The position numbers and the translations under genes are program-made. The notes beneath the pieces are model-generated. The model searched no databases and was not told the origin of the DNA. It was given only the letters and a program-made list of their open reading frames with translations. Positions 1-13,911 of a stretch of 64,000 nucleotides of DNA are shown here, one piece after another. Location of the stretch: NCBI GenBank assembly GCA_964016885.1, contig OZ024743.1:365552001-365616000 (forward strand), given 5' to 3'. Position 1 is the stretch's first letter, and the number at the start of each line of letters is the position of its first letter. The DNA is from Eledone cirrhosa. Taxonomy: Eukaryota.

Positions 1-16
1 TATTATATGGTGGGTT

Positions 17-1481
17 TTACCATATAATGCGACGGGATCTATTTCTTCTAGGTCTATTCTCGTACTCTGTATATGCTACCTTATCGACAAATCGACTCCG
101 AGCAAGAGCTTCATTGTAATATGTGAAATGGTCGTTGAAAATATACTCGTTAGTAGATAGAAGGGAAAGCCTCAAAGAAACGTTACTTACCAGGTTCTTG
201 GTTATGCTGACAGGATGGTTGGAATGCTTACTTATGTAATTAAGCGTATCATTCGGCTTTCTATACGGGTAATACAAGCCATTCGATAAATTGAGGGTAA
301 CGTCGAGGTAATTAACGACCGAGAGGTTGGCCTCAACCTGTATAGAGAGGTTGAAGCCTTTAAAGAAGGCTGTGAGTTCTTTTCTGAACCTGTAGCAAGC
401 ACGAGGGCCGCACTTAGTCATGGTCAAAAGACCATCATTACGGTACAAACCACCGCCCACGTTGGGGAGTTCGTCCTTGGTAGAAAAAAGAAGGAAAAGG
501 CCGATAAGATCAGTAACCTCCGCAGAATCTCTGGCGCCCATACTCACGTCGAATGGGGGTACTATAAGATTTTTTAATCCAAATAGAGTCGTCGAAATTA
601 ATCACCGACTTACAGGCATTGAGGATGACATCAACTTTGAAATCCTTAACCACTGTGAGTGTTTTAGCGAACTTGATAGCTCTAAGGAGAAGTGGTAAAG
701 TGATGGAGAAGTAGTAATTATTGTTGTCGAATTGGATAAAACGGCAATGTTCCTTGTTGCATATGCCGTTGAACCAATCAATCACCGTGAAAGAAAGGTT
801 CCACAGTGCAAGAGGGGCCAAACTTCTAATTTCAGGTATAATTCTATCAAGAATCCTTTTACTAAGTCTACCTAAATCGGACTTCGTAGGGTTAATAAGC
901 CGAATAGAGGGGTTGTTCGGAAAATTGGATTTGTGATCCTTCAGGGTAAAGTGGGGAGAAATAGGGTCCAGAGGTTCGGTCCGGTCCAGGATGTTGAGAT
1001 CAGAGGTGATTTTAAACCCAGCATCGTTGATTTCATTGATGACGCACCGATTAGTTTTACGGTAATCCTTAGTTACAGCATTATGTAGTAGTTGATGGTA
1101 AGTACTGCGCTTCACTTGATATAGGTTGCCAATTTTGTCGGAATGGACGTGCACGGCATTAGAATCCTTAATAGAAGGAATTCTATTCTTCAGGTCCTGC
1201 TCGTAGGAATTGCTCCTATTCCGAAATTTGATACTCCGTATGAGTTCCAATTCATAATTTTCGGAGGTTAGCAATGCTGGGTTACACGGAGGGTTATTAT
1301 AGGTTTTAAACCCAAATTTATCCTGTATGTTGTCTCCTTTTCGCTGATTATCGAAATAAAAGGCACGCCAACGCAACCTTTTAATGAACGCGTCTGTTTT
1401 CTGTATCAGGAGTCTTAGGTATGTTTTCCTGCTTGGTACGGGTATGTTCTTTGTAGAAATATCCAGATGTTGTTTCTGCAT
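17..1481 (-). pseudogene. Penelope-like element (Naiad-like) reverse transcriptase, frameshifted; continues off the window's left edge
   Basis: ORFs 510..1481 and 17..547 carry STKNIPVPS...FIKRLRWRAFYF, HSDKIGNLY, TLKDHK.NF, RLINPTKSDLGRLSK, MGARDSAEVTDL, GLYRND(G), YLDVTLNL and SNHP, all typical PLE RT motifs. Frameshift near 510-550. Confidence 0.9.
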
Positions 1482-1773
1482 GATGAATATAAGTCAATAG
1501 CGTGCTCAACCGAGGGAGCCAAAGAGTAATAATAATAAATTTGAAGACTAAAATCCAAAGAGGGCTCGATAAGGATAAATATATATCAAATATATAAGAA
1601 CCGTAGAGCAAATATATATTAAAATAACAGATTAAAGTTTAAGCAAAGAATCGCTGCTTTCACCCTTAACGGGATCTTCTGAAACTAACAAAGTCAATCT
1701 GTGAACGCAGAAGTGAATATTTTAAAAAACGTTGCAACCGGAGGAAGACAGGAAGACGATACTTTGGTTTGTG

Positions 1774-2030
1774 GAAACGTTCCCTGGCAAAGAACGGGAA
1801 AAAACGATAATACGTCATTATTTGGAGCGGTGAAAAACAATTACACGCAAAGACAGAACCGCGTTTATGGTATAAAAGAAGTCGTAGACTTATATTCTCT
1901 TAGGTGGTTCATAGAGACGTTCTCTGGCAATGAACGGAAAAAACGAAGATAATACGTCATATGTGGAGCGTGGAGAACAATTGCACGCAAAGACAAAACC
2001 ACGTAAATGGTATAACTGAAGTCGTAGACT
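1774..2030. repeat. Degenerate ~142-bp tandem duplication upstream of PLE 1
   Basis: gaaacgttccctggcaa...gaagtcgtagact (1774-1890) recurs as gagacgttctctggcaa...gaagtcgtagact (1915-2030). Confidence 0.7.
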
Positions 2031-2201
2031 AAAATTCTAACTAGGAAACCGAATGATTCTCCGCTTCAGAGTTAAGAATAAAGTAAATAAAATACAGAGG
2101 TAATTGAAATTAAATAAATACATACACGCATCGAAATACGTACATACGCAAGCATACGCGAAAACACTCGCCATAGGTATACAAATACACGCACATATAA
2201 T

Positions 2202-2267
<66 letters not shown>

Positions 2268-3455
2268 AATAATTAAAGAAACGTATATAAATAAATAAAT
2301 ACGTATATAACAAGCGCACACACATACCTACATGTTAATACACAAATGTTCGGAGACGTACTTCAACCAAAACACGAAGTACACATATACACACACCCTA
2401 CATACGTACGAACCCGCATACTCAGACAGACGCAAAACTCACGTATACACATAACCAAAATATACGCCATAACATATACAATCAAATATACGTACGAGAA
2501 AGTATACGTACCTTCACAGTGGTTTTTGTCTTTGCGTTCCAACCATTACTCCTATGTTTTTCAGGCATAATGTCTTTAAGATAATATTATCCCGTGTATT
2601 CTTTATTTTTATTAAAGAGTAAAATGTAAGGCAGATTTGAATGCTATTTCTAGCAGGTCAAGCGACATGTTCTCTTGTTTAAGAATTATGCATCAGCGCC
2701 TGGGTGTTTTGTGCCTTGGGCTAGTTCTAAAATATGCGCCACTTTTGAACAGTTATACGCCCAATTCTCCCCCAAATAATTATTTCAATTTACAGTTTGG
2801 TAAGCCGACAAAACTATTTCTTGATGCTTCTTGCTCTGATCACACAAAAGAAATTATTAAGCCTGCATATTTGCCATCACAGTCAACACTCACCCACGTT
2901 AAATCGTGCTACAATCATAAAACCATACCACTTTGAATATTTTCATAACGTTGCTACGCGGAAAAGATGTTTAGTGATCTAGTATTTACTGATCGCAGTA
3001 ATTTCTAAAAGAAAAACTGATCCATTAAAGTTTAGTAATGCTGTTGCTTGGTTGGCCTTAATGATATCGCCAGCCTTGGCTGATTGAGAAATCCGGAAAT
3101 AAAAGGGTATATGTTTCGAGTAATACAATTCTATTTCGTACATCTGCACATAGAATGTATCTTGCTTGACGTCATCAACACCATTGCAAGAGCTCGTAAC
3201 GTTAAAGATTTGTTTGTTAACCAAGTAAACATCCTCCGAATAAACACAAACGATCATTGCATAATTTCAATTGATAGATTTCAATCTACACATCTCTGCA
3301 TACATACACAAACAATTACTTCCCACACACACACATACACACACACACAAAGTTATATATGGTGATACAGTGATACTGATAACCCAGTTCTTGGAAAATA
3401 CTGAAACGAAGGAGCTATCACAGCCTAGTACACACACACACGCACACACACACAA

Positions 3456-3556
<101 letters not shown>

Positions 3557-5252
3557 TTAGTAGTATATATCCATACATATATATGCATATATATACTTAT
3601 ACATTAGGTATAATAAATAGATGCATTGTGTATAAATATATAGGTGCGGCCAGGAGCAAAATCTTTTTTTTTATCAGGATGACGTCAGTTTGCAGATGTA
3701 CAATTTAATTTTTTTGATAGATTTTCGTTTGTATTTGTGCATTTTTTTTTTGTTATTCCTTTTTCTTTAGAAAAGCCGGAAGAAACGAAGAATATGGGTA
3801 TTATTCTTTTTTGTTTTGCCGTTGTCCATCACAATTAGTGCTGCCACCCCATATCGCTATATATCTGAACACCACCCCATCACTTTCGTTATCATGAGTA
3901 GGAAAACGACAACACAAACCGATACAAAACTTCAAAACGACACCTCATAACCACGATTGCCACCATGAACGTCTATACCAACACCTACCCCTGTTGGCAG
4001 ACATCAGAAACATTTTATATTCCACCCGCAGCCACAGACCCGCATGACGCATACAAGTTACGAAGGTCGAAGATTAGTTGGAATCGTTTTGTATCTAGCA
4101 TGACAAACTGGATGGGGCAACTAGGGTTAAATTCTATGAGGTGGCAGTTAACCAGATTTAAGGAGAGAACAAAGAACATGAGTCACTGTTTTGTGTCATA
4201 TTTAACTATATAATGACTACTCGTGCACATATAACAGAATACTTGTATAGCTATACAATTTTTATATGTCAGCGTAGCCGAATGGTTAAGAAATTCGCTT
4301 CAAAATATTATCTTCGCCAAATGCCTTTGTGGTGTCGCTACATTCGGAGTACAAATGCCGCCGACGGGGGGTTAATTTAATCAACCTGGCCCTTCCCCCA
4401 AATTTATTAGCCTTGTGACTAAATTTGAAATCAATATTATCTTAACACTTAACATCCTGTAACAATATTAAAGATTTATTTAGTTAGTCAAGATTTAAAT
4501 TTTTAATGTGATGCAGTGATAATGCTGTTTCGTATTTTTAAAGAATGTTCTACTAATGTCGTTTCGTGTGGTACAGGACCTCAAGTGTTCATTATTAAAC
4601 AAGTACGAGAGACGTTCGTTTCACAATAATGAGATTTAGGATGCAACTCCACAACTTGATATCTTTGGCAAATGTCTTTTACCAAAAGCTCGGATCGACC
4701 CAAGCCTGCGGACAGAAAAACTGTGTAGAAGCCCATCGAATGAGTTGTATGTGTATTTCAAAGGTCCTGCATTGTTGTATATTGAGTCACATCGATTCTA
4801 CCTAAGAATCATGCTAAGGGTACACGTGTCTGTGGAATGCTCAACTACATACACGTTAATTTTGACGTTGGACGTTCAGTTGATCAAATAACTAAATGAA
4901 ATCAAAGAGAATCATTATATTACAGACGCAAATCAATGTGATTTGCTAGAAACAGCAACCAAATCTTTTTTTTAATTACAAAAGGATATATTAAAGAATA
5001 TAGTCTTATATGAATTACATCTGAAAATAAATGGAAGGATCGTGGCTTGAGACACGTTTGATCATAGATTTACTCTATCAAGAGTGACCATGGGCTAAAC
5101 AGCAACAAAAGCATCCCGATTGTTTTCAAATGCATGTACTATTGTAACTGTATTGAAACGGACGTAGAAATTAAAGAATGGATTTAAGTTCATTTTCATT
5201 TTAAATATATATATATAAATATATGTACACACACACACACACACGCACACTG

Positions 5253-5339
<87 letters not shown>

Positions 5340-5398
5340 TATATATAAACAAGAAGTGTAAGTCAACAGGTTAAAATTAACCTCGTTTATTCATATTC

Positions 5399-5457
5399 GC
5401 TGTTATATATATTTCGGTGATAACCATTATTCAACAGCTATGACCTCATCAGAGGGC
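5399..5457 (-). ncRNA. Type I hammerhead ribozyme motif (stem I degenerate)
   Basis: Minus strand reads CTGATGA, stem II GGTcATAGCTGTT/AATGGTTATcACC, GAAA, palindromic TATATA, TA. It lies in a short island between microsatellites. Confidence 0.65.
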
Positions 5458-5540
5458 TAGAATTTGAACAGAAAAAAACAGAAAAACAGAATGATGGAGC
5501 AAAAGTTTACCTGTGATATTTCCATCAAATAACTGATGGA

Positions 5541-5613
<73 letters not shown>

Positions 5614-8201
5614 CATACACCCACACAAACACACATATATGTGTGTGTGTCTGTCTGTCTGTATTTATGTATATATGTGTGTGTATATTCACACACACAT
5701 ATATATATATAGCGCTTAAAGGGAAATTTCTATACTAAGGAACGTAACAATATTGATCATTTATTTAACTCTAGAAGAAATCCTCCTTTCAATAAAAATC
5801 TAGCGCAGATTGAGGAAGAATTAACTAATATTATAAGAGGTCTTACATTCAAGAGAAAGCCTTATAGAGGACAGGAGCACCTTATAAATCTCAGGAATAC
5901 GATTTCGGACCTTAATTCCTCTAAAAAAGTCTTAGTCCATTCCGACAAAACTAATAATTTATATGGCGTATCTAAAGATAAGTATTATAACCTTATCCTT
6001 AAGGAACTAAGGAAGAATTATCGTAAAAATAACCATGACAATTTGGAATCTATAAACTTGGAAGCTTCTGAGATTATGTCTAAACTTGGCATCGAGAAAA
6101 AGACCGAACCATTCTTCCCAAGAACTCCGAGGATAAATCTCAAGGATCATAAAAGTAACTTTCGAACAGAACTGCCTGTTAGACTAATCGCCCCCTCTAA
6201 ATCAGATCTGAGTGTTGTTAGTAAACCCATCTTGGATAAAATTATCCCACAGGTTCGTTCTAATTGCTCTATTTCTAACTTAAATTTATGGATTGGTACA
6301 TCTGATGTAATTAACTGGTTCAATGACCTGAATAATAAAAACAAACAAAAATTTATTCAGTTTGACATTGCCAGTTACTATTGTTCTATTTCGCCTTCAC
6401 TCCTCAACAACGCTCTATCTTTCGCATTTAAATATTCTGACATTACCACAGATGAACTTTACATCATTCTCACCGCAAGAAAAACTATCCTGGAATTCAA
6501 CAACGAATATTGGACTAGAGCTGATACTTCCAACAATTTTGATATCACAATGGGTTCGTCGGATTCATCGCAATTGACGGACTTGATTGGTATCTTTATT
6601 ATGAATTCTTTAAATCGGAAAATTCCTCAAATTCGCGGTGGAATTTATCGTGACGATGCCCTTTTTACTGTCTTAAACTGTAACTTAGTTAACCTTAATA
6701 TTATTAAGAAAAATATACTTGCACCATAACCTAAAAATTGAATTTGAAAACAACGTCAAACTAGCTAACTTCCTGGATATATCCCTTAATCTTGACACCG
6801 GCCTATATTACCGTTACCATACTGACAATGAGAATCTAAATTATGTTAATTTTAAATCTAACCACCTCACTAACGTTAAAAATGCTATAGTCAGTAATGT
6901 TGAAAAAAGAAACTCACATCTATCCTCTAATAAAGTTATCTTCGACGCTAATGCCAATTATTATAATAATGCGCTTTCCAAAGCCGGTTATCCTGATAAA
7001 AATTAAATACAGTAAAGAAACCAATCATCGAAGGACTTATAGTAAAATAGTTAGTTATGAACATTCCAATAACTTAAATAAAAGACCTAGATACAAAAAT
7101 ATGATGTCGTACAACGCTCCTTTTTCTCTATCTATTACTAGTAATATTCCTAAACTATTTTTAGGGCCTTAGATAAATTCTTCCCTCCCTCGCATATCTA
7201 TAGTAAGATCTTTAACAAACATCCAACATCTCTAACATTATATCTAAACATAATAATAAAATATTAAATAATAAATTATATCCATCCAACACTGAGCGTC
7301 ATAATAATAGCAATAGTAAACCCGACGTCAATGTTAACTCTAGGCTAGATTCAGTAAATTTAAATACGACGTCAAGCGTAACTTTGTCGAATGTTCATAA
7401 CACCAATCTAAATCAAGAAACTATAGTACCTATCGTAAATAACTTCTCCAATCCAATTCCTTCTATAAATAATACTAGGTCACTTGTTAATAACTCTGGT
7501 AATTTCTCTAATCGTAATTGTAATTGCCCTGTTAGAACTAAATGTCCTCTTAATAACCAATGTCTTGATAACAATTTAGTGTATGAATGTAAGGTTATAA
7601 CTGGTACTAATTATTTTACCTATTTTGGTTCCACTTCGACTTCCTTTAAAGCAAGATTTTATAATCACAATTCATCTTTTAAATACCAACTTAAAAGAAC
7701 TAACACGGCACTCTCAGAACTCATATGGTCCTTAAAAGACAAAAATATTAACTACAACATCTCTTGGAGGATGGTTTGCAACGCCTCTCCTTACCGGAAT
7801 TCTTCCCTATCCGGAACATGTAATCTCTGCCTAGCCGAGAAATTTACCATTATCTCTAATTTTAATTCTATAATAAATAGACGTACGGATTTATTTTCGC
7901 TCTGCTTGCATAAATCCCATAGAACTTTCTATAAAGTATACAGCTAATATCTCAATACCTAATTAGTTTAAAATCTTCTTTTCTTTAACGCTTTTATATC
8001 TTTTACAAATATACCCATCTTTCTACCTTATTTCAGTATATTATATTATACAATTTACTCATTCTATGTCGTTAGCGGTCCCCTATTTTTCTTCTTTTTT
8101 ATCCTTTTTACTTTCTTCCATTTTTCTTTTTTAATTTCTAATCTTTAATCTGTAACTTTTACTTCTCAATTACTTCTTAATTCATATTATTACTCACTAT
8201 A

Positions 8202-8387
8202 AGGGCGGTGGATTGGCAGTATCGGTGGAGGGTCGGACGCAATGCTTTCCAGCATAGTTACGTCCCTTTACGATCTGAGTTCAGTTTCCGCCGAGGTTGA
8301 CTTTGCCTTTCATCCTTACGGGGTAGATAAAATAAAGTACCAGTAATACACTGGGTAATTGCTGGCCTTGTGCCTAAAGTAGAAACA
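8202..8387 (+). mobile_element. Full-length tRNA-derived SINE (Meta/MESC-core-like, octopod type) with 16-bp TSD
   Basis: ggcggtggattggcag head, gagttca B-box-like motif, core gcctttcatccttacggggt.gataaaataaagtaccag. TSD attattactcactata at 8186-8201 and 8388-8403. Confidence 0.88.
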
Positions 8388-9117
8388 ATTATTACTCACT
8401 ATAGCATTTTCCTTATATTCTTGGCCATACAAACTATATCTTTAATATATACTAATATTACCATTAGTAAATTTTGTAAACATATATATATTTTTTGACG
8501 TTATATTTTTTCTTCCTTAAATATTCTTCTTTCTTCTCTCCTTCTGTGCTCGTATTAAACCTATTATTTACCTTTTCATATTACAATACAAAAATACAAA
8601 CTTAGACCCTAACTAATTCCTCTAAGTTCATAATTCATTTAATCTCTTCTTCATTCACCTTATATCCTTAATATTTTTATTTTAATAATACATATTAATA
8701 AATTCCTTTTCGCACATATTATTAAACCCTTCAATATATAAACCTTAAATAAATACTATTCTTAATTCCTTTTTCTTTAATCATAAACATCACCATTCAT
8801 AAACCTCATTAACTTTTAATTTCAAAATTTTTTTAAATTATGTATTATCTTACAACGTTTTTTTTTTATTTTCTCTGTGAGACAGTTTTTCTCAGTATTA
8901 AAGGCTATCTCTCTCTCTCTCTCTCTCACTCAATCACTCATTTCTCCTCCTCTCTCATCCTTCCTCCCCCGTCATCCTTTATGTTCTTTCTTCCTCTTCC
9001 TTACCCCCCCCCTCCTTTTTTTCCCAATCTCATATATCCATATTACTTTATTTTTCATATGTTGATTTAACACTTCACTGCTCGCAAGTGTTTTTTAAGG
9101 TTCATATCATGTCTCCC

Positions 9118-9188
9118 TATTTTATCTGATGAGAACGCAAATATCATCCCATGATGATATTTGTTTTTGAAATGCGCATAATAAAATA
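9118..9188 (+). ncRNA. Minimal type I hammerhead ribozyme at the 3' end of PLE 2
   Basis: Stem I TATTTTAT/ATAAAATA, CTGATGA, stem II GCAAATATCATC/GATGATATTTGT, GAAA, palindromic stem III TGCGCA, UA cleavage site. Confidence 0.88.
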
Positions 9189-9242
9189 CATGGAACTGTT
9201 TTAACCATCTTTTGATCTTATATTATATATATATATATACAT

Positions 9243-9723
9243 ATATTCTATCGAATACTACAACCGGAGGAAACGTAATAGTACTACTGATGATGTTACA
9301 GGTGTGTGATGAAAGACCTTTGATAGACTATATATATATTTTTTTTTTTTAACTGTTGGTTAATCAATGATAAACATTGATTGCCAGCTAAATTAACTAT
9401 AGGGATATAAAATATACGGAAACGAAAACCAATCCAAACGAAACAGTGAGTGTATTTTATTATATATTTCTGGCAATATTATAACAATATGACACATCCA
9501 AAATATAACAATATTTGTTTCACCAAACGATTTCATATCAAAAACTTTGCAAAACAAATATATATATATTTGTTTGTATATATATTGTTATAATATTGCC
9601 AGAAATATATAATAAAATACACTCACTGTTTCGTTTGGATTGGTTTTCGTTTCCGTATATTTTATATCCCTATAGTTAATTTGCTGGCAATCAATGTTTA
9701 TCATTTATTGACCAACAGTTAAA

Positions 9724-9764
<41 letters not shown>

Positions 9765-9841
9765 TATCAAAGTTCTTTCATCACACACCTGTAACATCAT
9801 CAGTGGTACTATTACGTTTCCTCCGGTTGTAGTATTCGATA

Positions 9842-9845
<4 letters not shown>
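9243..9845. mobile_element. Fold-back (inverted duplication) PLE pLTR-type element with a degenerate HHR in each arm
   Basis: 9243-9490 is the reverse complement of ~9585-9845. Arms carry CTGATGA-tgttacaggtgtgtgat-GAAA-ga(c/a)c-TT-tgata. Flanked by (TA)n. A related inverted fragment lies at 10060-10250. Confidence 0.75.
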
Positions 9846-9880
<35 letters not shown>

Positions 9881-10004
9881 TATATATATGCGTGTGTGAA
9901 TATACACACACATACATACATAAATACATATAAATACATACATACATAAAGACAGACAGACACACGCACATATATGTGTGTTTGTGTGTTTGTGTGGGTG
10001 TATG

Positions 10005-10061
<57 letters not shown>

Positions 10062-10242
10062 TGCTATACTTGGGGAGGGTCATATTGTAATAATATTGCC
10101 AGAAATAATAACAGAACACACTCACTGTTTGGTTGGTTTTCGCTTATGAATCTGTTATTCAAATGAATTAACTGTGGAGATATAAAAGATACAGAAGCGA
10201 AAACCAACCAAACAGTGAGTGTGTTCTGTTATTATTTCTGGC

Positions 10243-10311
<69 letters not shown>

Positions 10312-10612
10312 AAGTGTTAAAACTATCAAATTTTAGTTTAGAACATTTATTTGCTGACAATTGTTTCTTCCAGAGGGAAGTCTGGATTCATCGGAGCATA
10401 AAGAATGTCGAAACATGTAACTAAAATCCTAGTCATTTAGAACATTTAGGGTACATAATTGTTATTAGTGTCAAAGGCATCATGTGGAGAGTCAGGAGTT
10501 AAAAAGATGTTCTGCTTGAAAGAACACAATTACAGGCACCACTCGTTGGAAGTGTAATAGGTATAAGTAAAAAGCACAATAAAAAAACAGGCAAAAAAGT
10601 TATAAGCATGGA

Positions 10613-10651
<39 letters not shown>

Positions 10652-10681
10652 CGTGTGTGTGTGTATGTGTGTGTGTATGTG

Positions 10682-10867
10682 TAGTGTATTTTTGCAATAC
10701 ACTATGCTTAATTAAAAGCATTTTGAAGACCTTACGCTATTGTTTTAAAACTTTAAAACAATATAGTAAGGTCTTCAAAGTGCTTTTATTTAAGCATACA
10801 GTATATTTCAAAATACACTATATATACATTCATATATATATCGCTATTTCAGAGCACCAATTCTAAT
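10682..10867. repeat. ~135-bp palindrome plus tail, related to the 310-bp array unit
   Basis: tagtgtattttt...ttttgaagaccttac / gtaaggtcttcaaa...aaatacacta. Shares ttttgaagacct and atatatcgctatttcagagca with the 33.4-35.1 kb unit. Confidence 0.65.
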
Positions 10868-11007
10868 ATATATATATACGTGCATGAATACATATAACAT
10901 TCTTCTAACTTGATATTCCTTATTCAACATTTATTGAAACTATCGGAATTCGTTGTTCACTGAAATTCCAGGAATGCTTCCAGACAAACTGCTGCTGATG
11001 CTACAGC

Positions 11008-11096
<89 letters not shown>

Positions 11097-11344
11097 CTTC
11101 CCTTGTTGCTGCTGATAGGATGTTTCTTTAGGAAACATCTAATACATCCAGAATCTATCAAGTGGAATGACATTGCATTTCATGGAGTTCGGAAAGCAAT
11201 ACTGAACTGGTGCACATTCAATAAAGCCACCATTGGTCAGTTAGACAAAATCTATCATCCCAAAGAAAATGGAAAAAAAGATGTTTCTTGTAAGGCACCC
11301 GTCAATTCTGTATACATAGTGAATGGAAATGTATTATTGTTAGT

Positions 11345-13668
11345 GTTATTATTATCATTAACCAACACCGCCATCATCATTATCAATGAACCACCAGTAC
11401 AGCCAGCAGCACGACAAACCAAAACCTACACCACCACCTCGATCATAATCATCATCATTATTATCTTGAACATCAACAACCTCACCAACAACACCAACAA
11501 CACCAACAACACCAGCAACACCACAGCGTCCATTACTGGCTCCCACCACCTCAAATGCCCTGGACGAAATGCACCCTAACATTTTCAGTCAGATCTCACG
11601 TGACAACAGTTCAAACGTAACGTTGGAAACAGTCTCTACTACCACTATAGACGTGAACAGTGTTACCACTACCACTACAGACATCTTCACCGACGGCGAA
11701 GAATCTTCTCCAAATCAAACCAAAAGATATGAAAAGCATCACAGATCACGTTTGCCTTTTGCCTAAAGGATGGGATGGCCATTCAAGTGGTCACTGAGGG
11801 CAAAAGGCTGCATTGTCTCGTCTGCGGCGAAACCATATATGCGAGCCTTTTGCCTCTAGCTAAAAAACGTAGGGGGCCGCAAACCTCCATTGCTGCCAAC
11901 ACTGGGGTGTGGACCACCGACCATACAATCACCAACACTAGCACTGACGGTACCACTAGCACCAGCACCACCAGCACCGGTAGAACCACCAGCATCAAAA
12001 TCAACCCAGGGGCGGGAGATGAGAAAAGCTATGCTACTACCCCTCCTAAAACAAATACACATGTAAAAACAGTCCCACACCCTCTGGCACAGATTCTCCA
12101 GATAGTAGTCCCTCTTCATCACCAAGTGAAAATGAGGGGGAGCTTCAAAAATCAAAAAAGAAAGGAAACAGAAAAATAAATTTATGCACACACACCTACG
12201 AGCACACAAAACATACACGGAGCAACATCTACAACAAAACCAACACCACAACAATCAACAAAAACACAACCCCCAACAACTGTCTCAACTGCCACTCATG
12301 CCCTACATAAGGAAACACATTCAGGCACTAACAACAACAGAAACACCCAACTGCATGTTACTAAGAAGGGCAAACAAAAGACTTATGGCCCTTGTAACAC
12401 GAAGTCAAGATATTGAGAAAGAGGGGAAGATTTTTGGCACCTGCACCTTCAAATTGCCCAAAACACTGCTGATGATGCAGATGCCAGCAAACACATATAA
12501 AAATATTACAGAGAGCTTCCCCCAATTATGTGGGAACCCCTAATGTGAAAGACTCGAGTTGGCTTTTAAGGGAGTTCCCAAAGAAAACACCACCAATCGC
12601 GGATCGAACCACCTGACGCCAACAAACCCCAGGTAGTTAAGTAGACATTTCCTCTCTTTTTACCCTGTCAACATGGCCATCTTAAGAGTGGGATGTTTAA
12701 ATGTTCGTGGCCTGGGGTCGTCCTAGAAGCAGGGTCGTTTGCTGAACGACCTCAGATCACTAGATATGGATGTGACTAGCGTCAGTGAGACCATCATTTC
12801 TGACACGCGCACACTAGCCCCCATTTCCGACAACTATCCGATTATCGCATCTCTTAGTCGACCGGGAATGGGAGGTGGTGTGGCAGTGCTGTTTAGGAAA
12901 GGCCTGGATCTCGAGATAAGGTCTATCTTTCTGGACATGGACGGTAAGTTGGTGGTTCTGGAAGTGAGCAATAACGATAGTGGTGCCTTTAGACTGGTGA
13001 CCGTCTACGTCACGACCGGGGCTGGACGACCGGATATTTTTTGGTGCCAGCAAGCCTTTTTTGAAACGTCTCAGCTTTATTATTAACGGGAGAGTGGAAC
13101 AGCAACATGGATGCACGCTGGAATTGTGTGGGAGTAGCTGATAGAAACAGAGAATGCAAAAGCATTAAGTACCTGATCAGCCAGTTCCACCTGTCTGAGA
13201 GGTACAGACTATATTTCCCTAATGTGCCAGTGTGGACCTGGAACGATCGCATAGGGTCATCTAGATGACCCTACGCGATTGTACAGGAAGGTGAGGGTGG
13301 AGAGAGAAGTGCTGCGCCCCAGTACATTTTCTGAAAGGTCGGTGAATGTGTCGAGAATGGCCCGTGTGAGTGGGCCTACTATGATCATGCGCCTGTATGC
13401 TGGTGAATTTGAGGAAGAGAGGGTGCCCTTCCGGGTGCTTTCGAAGCGTCGGTTCGTTCATGATTGGTGGGGTACCTGAGTGAACCCTGGGTGGTCATAC
13501 CCCCTATTGGGGAATTTTCCTTGTATTTTTATTGTTATATTTTGTTATTGTTATTTATATTGTTTCCACGTTGTTCATGTAAACCCCACTGTCCCTGTCT
13601 TTTGTATTGTCCCCTATATGTCGGCCCTTGTGGCCAATAAATGACATCATTATTATTATTATTATTAT
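11345..13668 (+). mobile_element. L1/Tx1-clade LINE copy 1, internally deleted (ORF1 remnants, APE endonuclease, no RT, 3' end intact)
   Basis: From 12673: MAILRVGCLNVRGL...VSET...GGGVAVLFRK...DGKLVVL...PVWTW. It joins directly to the ORF2 C-terminus RKVRVEREVL, then a 3' UTR, AATAAA and an (ATT)n tail. Confidence 0.82.
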
Positions 13669-13880
13669 TGGTCTGATCAAACGTCTTTTTGCTCGCTCCC
13701 AGTAAGTCGCTTTATTTACCTGTTATAATTATTTGTTGTTAAATTTTTCTTGTTGTGTAAGGGATATAAGCCCTTGGACTTTGCCCTGTGAAGGGGAAAG
13801 TATAATATTTGGACCTTTTGGCCCAAATATTTGAACATTTTACTTTTAAAAATTACAAAAAAAAACACGGGTGAGCCCCC

Positions 13881-13899
<19 letters not shown>

Positions 13900-13911
<12 letters not shown>

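Larger units (their letters stand above)
5711..9225 (+). mobile_element. 5'-truncated Penelope-like element (Naiad-like): RT + GIY-YIG, frameshifted, with a 3' HHR; flanked by (TA)n
   Basis: ORFs 6043..6729 (LKDHK.NF, MGSSDS, GIYRDD), 6719..7006 (FLDISLNL, SNH) and 7384..7947 (CNC..CPL...CL, VYECKV..YFGST, FKARFYNH, CNLCLAEK, CLH). HHR at 9118-9188. Confidence 0.92.

Noticed and set aside
1650-1690. HHR-like core upstream of PLE 1 (CAGAAGA-tcccgttaagggt-GAAA, minus strand)
   Set aside because: U4 is mutated and no stem I pairs. It may be a decayed HHR but was not called.
7384-7947. Selenocysteine-encoding Naiad PLEs
   Set aside because: The conserved Cys positions in the three GIY-YIG regions read as Cys; I saw no in-frame TGA there.
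11119-11289. Possible 171-nt plus-strand coding exon
   Set aside because: Weak acceptor, no recognisable domain, and no compatible neighbouring exons.
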